Shown piece by piece: positions 50,812 through 63,194 of a stretch of 64,000 nucleotides of DNA. The translations under genes and the position numbers were made by a program. Origin of the DNA: Cystobasidiomycetes sp. EMM_F5 (taxonomy: Eukaryota); NCBI GenBank assembly GCA_051047955.1, contig JBPGPT010000003.1, forward strand, positions 682,001 to 746,000, read 5' to 3'. A model generated the notes under the pieces. It was not told where the DNA came from and made no database searches. It saw only the letters and a program-made list of their open reading frames with translations. The first letter of the stretch is position 1. Every line of letters starts with the position of its first letter.

Positions 50812-52349
50812 ATCGATACTGTGACGGTAATTTGGTATGAGGCGGATCCAGCTGTACTACGGCGACGGCAAGTTGACGATGCCGAGCAGTATCTTATTCT
50901 TTGGCTGTCAATCACTATGAGCCGGTTTAGAATGAACCCATTGTTGTCGCGCTCGGTCCACGAATAGGCCGCAGGAAACGAAGTCACGGGTCGACCCCGC
51001 CCAACCCCTGTGCGGGTGCGGAGAAGACCTTAGACCAAATGAACAACGCTGACAGTGATTGTGACTGATAACCAACCCTGTCCGAGCAGTCGCGTCTGCC
51101 CGTCAAGACGCTTTGAGCTGATCTCGACTAACGCGTAAATCACCTGCCGATAGCTACACGGCCCCACTTTTCGTCAGCTTGCACGCTGTCGTGACTGGCC
51201 GCCTGCAGTATTGGCTTCGTGTTTGGCACGAAGTCCACGAAGTCGTGATGACGGCGACGGCTGTGGGATACTGATGAAGGTCTCAGCGTTGTCAAGCTGT
51301 TATGGACCCAGTCGACCGGGCTAGCTGAAACATCTGTCACTGCTCACATGCGATGATCACTGCATTGCGTAACATTCCTGTTGTCAGGCCACCTGCTGTG
51401 TCTTCTCCTCTTCCCATTGCATCAAGTTGATGTGTCAGAATACCAACAGGATGTCCCCCGCACAAACATCTACACAACCCGATGTGCGAACGTCATCCAT
51501 GGCCAGTGATCCTACAATAGCTGACTTCTTCCGTAACAATTAAATGAAGGTACCACAGATAGACCGCCTGAACCCTTCCTTCAGTAAGGTACTCGACACA
51601 ATACCGTACCCAAGGAAGGGCAGTGTTGTAAGCGCGAAAATATAAACGTCCCGATGCCGCGACGACCCAGCTTACGCATGCGATTGTAGCGCACACTGGC
51701 TTAGAACCCATTAGCATCTCCGCTTCTTATCATATTCTCCGTAATTCATGCCATAAAAGCGTTTGGACAGAGATGCACACACGGTTTATAATCTCGAACA
51801 CAAGCTTGGACTAGCCCATAGTAAACACGGACGATGGCTATTTCCTTCTTCCAAACTACGCTCGATACCCTTAGACTCGTTCCTGTCTGTGTAACAGAAT
51901 TTCGTGCTGTTCCAGCATACGCAGCATTCACTGTACCGCTGAGAGTGCTGTCATATGACATGTCCCGAGAGCCAGTTCTGGTTGCAACATGACTATACGT
52001 GCACTAACGCTTTGGTGGAAAGGGGGGGTTTTCTAATCAGCGACGCTGCTGCAGAATCGTAGCAGATCTTGGGCCGAGCAAGGCCGCAGATAAACTTGGC
52101 GAAACTACGACTGTTTTGACAACTCTAACGGTTGTCCTGGCGAGCGTGACGTCGGTGTTGCATATCGGTTTTTGCCACTGAAGCCGGTGCGGTGCAGGCT
52201 TTTTCAGAGCGCGATTGACGTCATCGTTAAACGCCAAAGCACATAAAACCTAGTGTAGGTGCGAGATGCAGCTTCGCTTTCCACCATCCGCTTTCATACA
52301 TTTGCAAGCAATACCATCTCCACATCCACACGCATAAACAACAAACAAC

Positions 52350-52665
52350 ATGGGCGCGGTACTTAGCTGTCAGTTACGAGGGTCCTCTCCTATTTACACG
52401 CATCACGAACTGACATTTGGGGTACTCTTAACCAGTCTTTGGACGCATCTTCTCGGCAATTGGAAGAGGAATCATTGGGCTAGTTAATCTGATTGCAGGA
52501 TTCATCACAGCAATCGTGAGCGCGATAACGGATGTGCTGGTCTGTGTCTTCAGTAAGTCGTCCCCCGCAACATTGATCCTGGTTGCTTCAGCTAACAGCT
52601 GTCTTACTACAGCCTGCGGACGCGGTACAAGGCGGTCTCGCGGAAGGTCAACGAGGACGCTATGA
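52350..52665 (+). CDS. 62-aa microprotein (MGxxxS N-terminus, hydrophobic/amphipathic helix, Cys + Arg-rich tail), 3 exons
   Basis: Exons 52350-52368, 52436-52552 and 52613-52665 sum to 189 nt: MGAVLSFFGRIFSAIGRGIIGLVNLIAGFITAIVSAITDVLVCVFTCGRGTRRSRGRSTRTL*. ACAAACAAC-ATG context; both introns have CTRAC branch sites and CAG acceptors. Confidence 0.8.
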
Positions 52666-52965
52666 GGGCACAACGTCCGATGGTATGTCGCCTTCTTCGT
52701 CTCATACTCTTTAGAGCCCGAACTGACTAGTCCTCAAATGCAACAGCCCTAAGACGTACACAATCACCATACACCTATATGGGATTTCAAGTGACATGAC
52801 AGTTCTCACGAGAAGTTGGTAGCAGTTGCAGTTCACAATCCCATGTAGCGCTCCCTATAACTCATTAAATTGAAAATACACGATTCAATCGTAATGTACC
52901 CTACTACTATACTCCATCATCATTAATTCATGACGCTACCATTTAACGACCGCTGGTGTATTGCT

Positions 52966-53683
52966 TCACGCTTGCCAGTACAATGGTCCATTGTTCTGTA
53001 CTTCATGCTCCGCTCGAAAATCTGGCTTGTTGAATAACGGTCCAGAAGTTGTGGCTTCTTCCGCAACCTCGACCCTTGTCACTACGGCCTTGTCGACGTC
53101 TATGGTGGAGTCTGCAGCATCGCTTGCTACGATTCTCTTACGAAGAACATCGATAGCGTCTTCAACGGAACTTGCGCGCATCAAAAGCCAGGCACCACCT
53201 TTTGCAGATGTTGATGAGGTGGACGCAGGCAATTGAGAGAGGATAGAGCTGAGCATGGGTGGCTTGCGTAGCTTGGATGTCGAAAAGAAGGATGCGACTG
53301 TAGATTCGAGAGTAACACGTGACGAAAAGTGGCGCTTATCAGTAACGAAATCAACGAGCTAGGAGCAAACCCACAGCAGCGGGTATGCGGAGGCGGGGTA
53401 CGACGAGATGAGGAGGGGAAGTGCGTTGGGGTAGAGCAGAATTTGACATCAAGTACTCACTGACGCTGTCGCCATCCTCGAGTGTCGCTTTCGATGTCGA
53501 AGCCAACTTGCTTTGCAAATGCGCGCTTGTCTCGTTCGCAGTTGCACGCCAGGGCAGAGCAGCGAGAAAGAATGACTTCTTAGTCTCTGCGACTGCAGCA
53601 GGTAACTCGGCGTGCTCGAAAGCAAGGGTCGATGCGCGTCTCGCTGAGAGTGCTGATACGAAAAGCTTTTGAGCGGCTTTCAT
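52966..53683 (-). CDS. Hypothetical protein with a probable mitochondrial presequence; weak YCII-like resemblance (2 exons)
   Basis: 'MKAAQKLFVSALSARRASTL' is basic and acid-free. A gtgagt...ctacag intron joins ORF 53351..53683 to ORF 52966..53256 ('GGAWLLMRASSVEDAIDVLRK'). Confidence 0.6.
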
Positions 53684-54473
53684 AGTGGGAATTGTAGATG
53701 GCTTGTTGCGAGGGAACGAAGAGGCGTATCAGTACAGCGGAAAGAGGTGCAAATTCAGCCAGACGGCTTACCGCTGCTGTGTAGGCTGAAATGCTTACTC
53801 CGCTGTTTTTCAGGCACAAAGCAAATCCTTGCAGGCGCAATTGTCCGATGGGGATCGGGTGGGAGAATAAAGTACGTGGTAGAAGGCAAAGAAGAGAAGT
53901 ACGACGAACAGCCAACGTGAGAATTACGTGGAGGGTCAGCAGATCACATCCTCCACTCATTCTTTTGACAAGCGTCTGACGCGACTCTTTGGCAGCTCTG
54001 AAGACGCTGCGAAGCTGTGACCCCTTCTTTCGTTGTTTCCCGACTTGAGACGGAGTTTCAGTCGCATGCCGCAGAATAGCGCAGGGCGCTCGCTTGCCAA
54101 GACACAAGCACCAGGACTCATCAACTGGACGAAATGGAAGTACTCTCCGATTCTCGGAGCTTGCTTCCCATCGTCAGATTCAATTTACAAACAGACTGAA
54201 TCACAGTGGAGAAATCGTTCAGAATGCATAAAACTGGGTTCTGGTGGTATGGAGCGCGCCAGGCTTACACGTTCTGATCCCCGTCGAGCGATTGTCGTTT
54301 CAATGTTGTGTTATTGCTTAGGTTTCATATTCCGACGATGCGGGCGTCACGGCATATGTGAGAACGCGTATTAAGGTCGCCAGTGTAGCGAGCGCACACA
54401 CTGGTCATCAAGTAATTTGAGGTGAATTTGTGCATTGTGAGCCCTGTCCACATCCCGACGGAGCTACAACACA

Positions 54474-55572
54474 TCAAGTATCTACCTGCATGCCCGACGC
54501 AGGCGCGGGGGTGACTGCCGTCCCAGTAACTTTGTCGACGATATGTATTACTTCCTCTGCGACCACAAACTTCCGAACTTGCTGAAACTTGACCGCCGTC
54601 GTGCCCCTTCTGAAGGTATAGTTGATTTCCTTCTCCACCCTCTCGTTGGGTCTGACATAGTTTCTCAGCATCTCCGTCTTGCCCTTCTCAATGACGCAAA
54701 CGTCGACATTTGAGCCTGAGCCTAGATCGTTGAAGATACCGGCAGAGATGGCTTCGCACACCAAGTCTATCGCTTCGGACCGCGTAAGCTTTTCTTGCCA
54801 CTTGGATTCGAAGACTGCCATTGCTGCCAGTGAGCCAGAACCCATTGTCACGTAGGGGAGTTTGTCTGTAGACCCGTGCGGAGCAATGGTAAATAGCTGG
54901 GGTCCGCTGTAATCGAATCCACCGAGGACGAGGGCAGCTCCAATGTGCCCTTGGTATCTGCGACAGCCAAGGATGAGCTGGATCACTATGCAAAGTACTA
55001 CTACTTACTGAAACAGCTTCTGCTTGAGCATGGTCAGCGCCGTGACCACTCTCGGTTCTCGTCCGGTATTGAGCTTGTGCAAAGCCATATTTGAACGGAT
55101 TTCGGCAGTCGTAAATTCAGTATCTGCAGCTGTTCCTGCACCACAGCACATAATGTTGTCGGCAATGTAATGGATCTGATGGCAAGGTGGGAACGGATAG
55201 TCGTCAGTCGTCCATTATTATCAAGTGCTCGTAAATGCCAGGCAAGCAAAAGGGTATACACACCTTCTCGCAATTCTTGTCTGCTACAATCGATCCCTCG
55301 GTCGCTCTGGTATCGGCAGCCAGCGCTACACCACCTCGGTCGCCAGGTACATTCGGATCTGGAGCAAAGATGCAGCCTACGATAGTAGTACCTGCAGTGA
55401 TTATGTTTAGCTACGATCCGACAACTGTAAACTATCGCTGAGCGAGCAATGCACCTGTCGACGTCGCTCTGGGTAATGACCCATTCCGCCCAGCTTGTGC
55501 CGCCAACCAGGCATTACGACTTGCATTCGCGAAGGAGAAGCCGCTGCTACTCCCTTGATCAGCGTTGACCAT
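54474..55572 (-). CDS. PUP1: 20S proteasome beta2 subunit (trypsin-like; Pup1/PSMB7)
   Basis: Propeptide '[10 protein letters not shown]...ATSTG', mature 'TTIVG...[22 protein letters not shown]', '[13 protein letters not shown]', '[21 protein letters not shown]', '[13 protein letters not shown]'. Confidence 0.97.
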
Positions 55573-56266
55573 TGTGACTGATGTTGGTGTGCAGCAGTGT
55601 GTAGTATTCCAGTATAACCCTGTCGTCACTGTCGCCCGCTTGCGTGGTTCCAGAAACGCAATCGAGATTTCGAACGCGATATAAACCGCCATGAGTAGTT
55701 TGACAGCTTTTGAGCTTTCAGCGCTATGAATGATCAAGGGATGCTACTTCAGAGACTAGAGCAATCATATGAACGACTCTGCAGTATTGCTCAGGTCTCG
55801 GAGTACCGGCACTCCGGCTTGAAGCGAGGAAGCAAGACGTTGACACTACCAGTGCAATAGCATGAGCTCTACTGTGTCATCATGGAAGCCTCAAACAACA
55901 TGACGCGGAGGCCGGACAGCCTAGAGCAGGGCCCGCATGATAGCGTGCAAGATGTGTTTCGAGGGAGAAGCTTTCTCCCAAGAAGTCACGCAGCAAGAGT
56001 CGTACAAAGCTGGTGTCGATTCATCTCCCAGCATATATACTCTTCAATTTGTCTGCTACACATCCAGAACGATGCCTTTATCCTCCAGCTTGCGCTCGAT
56101 TCCAGTATTCCAAACTGACTTGGTGCCTGCGAAAGCGTCCCTCGAAGGGGTTGTGCACGATGCGCAACGGCCGAAGGTGCACAGTGCTGGGAACTCTGCA
56201 GACTGATGTTTGTTTTTGACTGATGGACGATACATAACTGAATAAACGCACACCCATGAACACACG

Positions 56267-59200
56267 ATGGCTCAGCATGCTGCTCGTCCACAGGCTAGAC
56301 CTTCCACAGCTCCAGCTCCGGTCAGCATTGTCGGCAAGCGCGTCAGAGCGGGTGAGTCGGCATACAGTAATCCGCCTGCAGAGACCCAAAATGGACTGAC
56401 TACTTGCCATCTGCACACGACAGTCGCTTCAGAGAGTTGGGACGATGATTTCCTATGGCAAAACTCGTCTGCTTCCGATATACACTTGCCCTCCACTGCC
56501 CGGACCGGAACATCAAATGCACACACGCGTCGCAGGACCAGACCAAAATCTTCTGTAGCCTCGACGTCTTCGTCAATATCGATGTCTGCATTTGGCGGTG
56601 ATTTGCCTGCAGAGGCAATGTTTGCAGCGAAAAGTTGGCAAAGCAGCGTCCCTGATCTGGGTGTTCTTGACGGAGTAAACATACCAGAGGACGACAACGA
56701 TCCCACCATCACTCTGAGCTCGGTAATCCAGGCCCGAAACCAGCCATCGCCTCGTAAACCGCGCTTGTCTCCCGCTCGCAGGCACACGATGACCGCAACA
56801 AGTCAGTCTGCAAACGCAAAAGGGCCTTATGTATCCGGCGACATTGAAGTCAACACAAGTCCGATTCGAAAAATTAGTAATGGCCGTGCTGCGCTTGCTC
56901 CTGAATCCCACGGCTTCCATGACGATAATGTCGAGACACTCACCAGGAGGAACAGTAACATGAACAGTCGCCTTCTCTCGCCTGCTTCTTCCTCCATGCT
57001 CACTGCCTTTGGGACGTCTCCCGCTTCTACTTCCATGCTGACATGGCGATCACAGACATCATCTCTTACCCGTTCAGACCGGGACGTCTTTTCCAACAGT
57101 CTGCAAAGCGGGCCTGGTTCCGATGTCGAGACGGACAAAGAGATGGACAACAACTACGCACTCCATCATGACGGCATCGACGATTGGGATACCGAGTTCG
57201 GAGCCAGCAATATCAGCTTCCCCGGCAGCGCTGATGTCAGTATTGGCGAAAGTAGTGGCACACCTCGAAGTAGCGGATTTTCCTTGTTTCGTCGAAGCAG
57301 TGCAATACATGGCAAGAAGTTGAGTATAAGCTTGCGGAAAAGCTTTTCTTCAAAGCCCAATCAGCCTTCGATGGTAGCTAGCGGGGCTATTGATTCACCA
57401 TCGTCGTCTTCGTCGGTCGTCAGACTAAAGGTCACTCTAGCATCATTGCGAGCGTCTCTGTCATTTCGACAGCCTTCGATCTCTGCATCTACGGGCATTA
57501 CTGCGAGCGCAAGTACAGCTACAATCACACCCGCAAAACAATCCGAGCAAGACAATGATAAAGACTTTTCGGGTCAAGAAAGACATCGTTCTGAGACGGT
57601 TGGGTCTGCGACGATATCGCATTCATCGACAGCGCGGCGTTTGATACGAAAACCTCCTGCACAACAATCGCCTCCGGCAGACCTTCATACTTCGGGAACA
57701 GTCAAACAATCACTTTCTCGGCATGTGTCGCATACAGACAATGTCTACGATAGCTCATCAAGCTCATGGATTGATTCGCCGCAACCACATCCAGTCTCAA
57801 CCTTCCAACCGGATATGTACCCTTGTTCAAGCGATACCCTATCGCAGTCAACCGTCCGACGGCGAAGATCATTATGGACATCGATTAGCCAGGGTGCGCG
57901 TTCCTTACGGGCTCAATTACAGCCTGATCAACAAGATTCAGCGTCCGCTTGTCGAGAGGCGACCCTGGATGAACACGCTGGAGCCACATCGCACAATCTT
58001 GAAGCAGCTGACTTTCAATCTGAAGTCTTCTCGCCCCGGCCATCCTCGAGTAACAGATCCTCCATCTCTTCAGCGGTAAGCCAAGCTTGGAATAGCCGAT
58101 TCTCGCCATCTGTACCTTTCCCCTCGCCTGAGCGCAGAGTTTCAACGGCATCATCCAGATCAAGCCAAGCAGAAATTTCTGGAAATCAGCAAACTGAAAG
58201 TCAACAGCGGCCCGCACGACGTCCTCTCTCGTTCACAGAATTCTTGAATCGCTCATTCTCTATGAGCCAAAATCGATTTCAGGATGCCGCCTCAAGCGAA
58301 GCTAAAATCAGCGAAACCTCAATCTCTCAATCTCAGCTCGGTCCGATTATCATTTCACACAGGGCTACAGCGAGCGGTAGCAATATTCCTAGCGCCCGCA
58401 CGCTCCTGTCGGAGCTCAATAGACCTTCACAACAGCCAGTGAGATCACGCACAGGTGGATCAGTTGGGCAGACTCGTTACAGCGGACAATCACTTCAGAC
58501 TGAACCTAATCAACGCCCCGAATCCTCGATGTCTTTACTCTCTCAGACCTCCACGGTACGACCAAGCTTCAGAACAGGTCCTGTGCTGGCCCCAGCCTTT
58601 AGATTTGGAGGGCTTCCCAATTCTGCCGCCTCCAAGCCTGACAAGCCACCGTCGGCGTGGAAGCTAAGACCGATGTATAATCCAACGCAGGCTCCTCAAG
58701 GGAGAAACACTCGCTCCGGTCACTCACCAAACCTTTCTCTTTCTCTGCTGCCAGGTATGTCGAATTTCTCAGCGACGTCGCCGAGGACAATAGACAACGA
58801 TGGAGAGCAAGACCAAGTCATTCTTACTACTTCACATCAGCACGAGATCCGGTCAGCCTGCGCAGTGGCTGAGAATAGTGGGTACTTCGCGCGTGCGCAA
58901 GCCGAGGATACACGTCAGTCGATAAGTCCCGGCTCCAGATCGCTCAATAGTAGTACTAGCGGAAGCCTCTCTCGCCGCGTAAGCTTGAGCGATTTGAGAA
59001 TACCTTTGCGAATAAGTCAGGCTCAGCGGAAGGTGGGTAAAGACCTTTTGCGGTTGAGACAATTCAAGACTGGTGTCGAGGGTATGATAGTCGTTGCAAC
59101 CGCACAAATTGAGCATGAGATAGACTGAGATTGCCTCTTGGTACTGCAGAATTGAAATCGCTCAGGCGCACGTACAAGGCATTGACCGCATCGCCCCGCC

Positions 59201-60406
59201 ATTATTTAGTCACGGGTTCTTCGGCTTTTGACATGGACCTCAGTCAGCAGCAGCTACCCAGCGAAACAGCAGAGAAGTTGGAGATGCTGATGCTCCGTTT
59301 GAAGGCGGAGTATGCGACGTGGTGGGAGATTGCCGATGTTCTCATCAACTTGGCGGATGGTGCCGATGAAGACGCTGTGGGGCCGAGGACTCCGCGCAAT
59401 GCGTCACACGAGCCAGTCAATTCAACTGCTGAGCCAGGACAACCGTCAGAGGTGAGACTCAGCGGCCGTGGTGCCGTACCCGGAGAAGCAGACTTTGACG
59501 TGCCAAGCAACGGAGCCGGAAGGCAGAACCCCGAGTATGAGAGCGGCGGGCGAAGACTGAACTTGCTACGAGGGATGCTTCAACAGCCGCAATTCAATCC
59601 AGAGCCCGACATTGCCGCTGTCAGGCTACATGCTTCCAGCATCTCTCAGCTTCGTCAGACTCATACTGACGCTGATCGCGCGCCGTTCATATCTCTACCT
59701 TTCAAGCAGGGGCCGGCGGCTGGGCCATCGATAAATGAAGGAGTGCCGGGCATGTTGTCAACGATGTCCTCTGCTGTCCTTGATGGCCGCTTACGCCAAG
59801 CTAGTCGCGCGAGCTACTTGACCATCAAAGAATTCGTCAAGAGCCTTACTCAGAGTACTGGAAATCATGCAAAATCGCATGCCTCCTCCCCTACACGATC
59901 TTTTCGACCTGTAGCTGCCCCCATGCGACGCATACAATCCGATAGCCCAACGACGCAGAGTTGCCACATGCGTATGAGCGTCAGTGGTGAGACTTTGCAC
60001 CTCCACTCGAAACGCACGCAGAGATCACCAGCTAGTGAAGCGGATTCATCGGAGGAAGAAGACTGGTCTGGCAATGAAGACGACCCAAGCGAGAGGATCT
60101 CTCGGTCCGATACTGCGGCGACTGTTCTCGCAAGCACGCAGATTAACGATGCCAGACGGAGTGGTCTTGCTGACACGAGGAATGCAAACCCTCAATCTAC
60201 CATGGAACTGCCTCTGGGCGGGGGTTGGCCAGATGGATCGAAACTCATTTTGACGCCTGAAGCCATGCCATTGCTTCTAGCGAAAGTCAGTGAAGTCAAA
60301 GCGCGATGTGCAGCTTGTGTCAGCGACTTGAGGTAGGCCAGCTGAGACAGACCTATCCAATACGCCAGCAACTAACGTTGCGCCTTACAGGAACATCACT
60401 GTGTAG
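56267..60406 (+). CDS. Large Ser-rich protein of unknown function with short helical islands (3 exons)
   Basis: 953-codon and 401-codon ORFs joined by a gtatga...ctgcag intron ('FKTGVE|ELKSLR'); final mini-exon 'NITV*'. Confidence 0.75.
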
Positions 60407-61858
60407 CCTGCATATCATCCAGCAGATAGCGTTGTGATGCATGCAAGGAGGCTGAAGCTCTCTGACACCGTGATTACCTGCACTTCGGTATGCACAGCGG
60501 CTGATTGAGCGGGGCTATGATACGCGTCGGAAGGCACGTCGCCCAGGGTGTTGAAGTGATCTGACGCGCTTTCTTGCTGCAGCTAGTTGCACCCAATATG
60601 CAACCCCGACTGTCTCAGCACCACCGCACCTCTAGAACTTGCAGGCCTTGTTGTTTCGAATCAGTGCACGCGTTTCAGGCACATTACAGTACTGTAACTT
60701 ACTGTACAGTATCCCGCGCGCGCCAGGGTCTGTGTATTGTCTACGAATCCGACAAGAGGTGCGCGACGATGACAAAAAGTATCATGAGTACTCACATCCA
60801 CTAATATGGAAAGCTTTGTCCAATCAGGAAATGCTGACGAGCCATCAGCACCCTGCATGAAATACCAGAGAGATCATGCTGAAAAACAGAGCACGGACTC
60901 GAATATTTATTAATCTTTGACGTGACAGCTGTAAGCCGTAAGTCACATGTGTAACGCGATTGATGCATATGGCTACACGCTAATAAATAAGTATTTATCA
61001 GACTTGGAGCCGACTCGGAATGCTGCTTTACGCGTACCGCGTTGTTGATCACTGACTTTGAATCGGCGCGTCGCGCAATGAAGACAAACGCCGAGTAAGT
61101 TGCATACCTTCGGCGCTGCAGCTGCGACAGGCGCTCGTCTACTAGGTAATGGAGACCACACGCTCTCCGTCGCCTCAGCAACGTTTTCGAGTCGCAAACA
61201 TATTTGCAACTTTCTATGAAGATTTGGCCAAAGTGCTGGTCTGGGCCAAAAACGTAGTCCAATCGTTCTGCCTACGCAGAGTCAAGAAGAGTTGCTGCTT
61301 ATTCGTTTTATAGTCAACGTACAACGAATAGCCCGATAGCATACGCGACCAATCATATGATTAGTACCATCAAGTCGCCAGACTCTCCGTTAATTGCAGT
61401 GGCGCTTTACGCATTGAACGCGATTCTGTAGCCGTAAATGCGCCGCGACGGGATTATTAGTTGGCGATAAGCTGCATTTGCGGTTCACGTTTAAGTAAGC
61501 CGGCACCTCTTGCGCGATCAAGTCCAAGGGGTTCGTGCACGTCTCCTGCAAAGGCCGGCAACGGGAACCGGAATATATCACAAATCTCGCAATCGCACCC
61601 TCTTTCACATTCCCACCACCAGAGGAGGAGGAGGAGAAGAACAAGTGCATTCGACTGTACTTCGGGCTGGCTTGCAATACCCTTCTCTCCTCTGCGGTCG
61701 CTCAGTGGTCGAACCTCATCCCGTCTTTCAGGGTCGCTCAAAGGAGGTGACCCGCAGTGGTCAACGCAGGAAACTGTCAGTCAAATTCCATCATCTGCCT
61801 CGCCTGTATCCTTCAGCTGGACTGACTCTGCCTCTATTTTGCTAGATAAGCAGACAAT

Positions 61859-62953
61859 ATGGCTTCCGCTATACTCTCGCCCGCTGGCTCTGGCTCCAAC
61901 CTATTCGCCGACCCTGCCGCTGGCGGATGGGCATCCTTTGACATGTCCTTGATCCACCCCGCACACGGACTTTCCTTCAGTCAGAATGACCTACTGCCGC
62001 CGGTCCTCACACAGGCCGAAAAGCTCATGGCGTCTCTCGAATGCGATAATGACTACGATTCCGACCGCGATACTTCAATGGACGAAGGAGACGATTCTTA
62101 CGGCAGCGACTCTAGTCTCGAAACCCCCGTGTCTTCATCCCTTCCTTCGTTGGCCGGCTCAGAGTACAAAGCATCCTCTTCATTCCCCTTTCCGCCGCCG
62201 CAGATACCGATGCTATGTATCCCCAGGCCGTTGCAGCGAATATCGTCCTGCGACTTTTCTCCGAGGCCGCTTACCGATGAGGAATGTATCACCCCGGTCG
62301 ACGATTGCCTCGAACGTCAACTGTCAGCGACCTGCTCGTCTGAATCCCTCACTCCCAAGGCATCCTGCTGTGCCACCTTCGATTCTGTCGACCCATTCTC
62401 ACGAGATATGAAGGCAGTCGCTAGTAGCTCATCTACCATGCTGCGGTCATTCTCTGCCCCCGTCAGAACATTAATGGAGTTTCAAGGTCTGCAACAGCGA
62501 TGGAATGCAGAAGCTACAGCAGCGCGAATAAGTGCAAAGGGAAAGGAACGAGATCATCGTGATAGCCTCAAGTCAACCTACCCCATTTCTCAAGCTGTGT
62601 TCGGCGACGGCGTAGTTCCAGCTCGCAGATCGCACGACGATCTTACTCTCGCGAGCGAGCAAGCTTACGACGCAGACGGCAACGGCGAAAGCATCAGTGA
62701 CAATTACTCTTCACGCGAGAAGTACCTCTCGCCAAACAAAAAGCACAACCGCTTCAAACGGTCTCGTTTCGCCGACGAGGGTCACAATCATCCCATTCGG
62801 CCTGCCTTCCGCCAGGTCTCATCGGCTACCAACCTGCCTACTATACATGAGCCGGTATCACCGACGCACAACCAATGCGAGAGCCCCACAAAAGTTTCCA
62901 AGCGCCCTGGCTTCAATCGCCATTTCACGATGCCTACATTTAGCTTTGAATAA
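61859..62953 (+). CDS. Hypothetical Ser/Asp-rich protein, 364 aa, single exon
   Basis: Uninterrupted ATG-initiated 364-codon ORF; no domain recognised. Confidence 0.7.
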   Translation: MASAILSPAGSGSNLFADPAAGGWASFDMSLIHPAHGLSFSQNDLLPPVLTQAEKLMASLECDNDYDSDRDTSMDEGDDSYGSDSSLETPVSSSLPSLAGSEYKASSSFPFPPPQIPMLCIPRPLQRISSCDFSPRPLTDEECITPVDDCLERQLSATCSSESLTPKASCCATFDSVDPFSRDMKAVASSSSTMLRSFSAPVRTLMEFQGLQQRWNAEATAARISAKGKERDHRDSLKSTYPISQAVFGDGVVPARRSHDDLTLASEQAYDADGNGESISDNYSSREKYLSPNKKHNRFKRSRFADEGHNHPIRPAFRQVSSATNLPTIHEPVSPTHNQCESPTKVSKRPGFNRHFTMPTFSFE

Positions 62954-63194
62954 CAGCAAAGTGCTGCCTGTAATGACGTAGCTTGACGTACTGCCTAATC
63001 ACGTAAGAAAGTATGTAATTTGGAGCCCTTGGCCCATGCGTATTCGCAAGGCGCAAACAATAAACGTTCATAGGCCGTTGTGATTGGGATTTGGAAGGGT
63101 GATGAGACAACATGCCGACAGTTATATTCAGCACAACATGATTCGTACTGTCCCAAAGACGCACGGGATGAAGTAAGGGACACCAAGACTAGCT

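Noticed and set aside
60420..60570. Possible C/D-box snoRNA (TGATG/ATGATA...CTGA motifs)
   Set aside because: No exact RTGATGA C box, terminal stem or recognisable rRNA guide.
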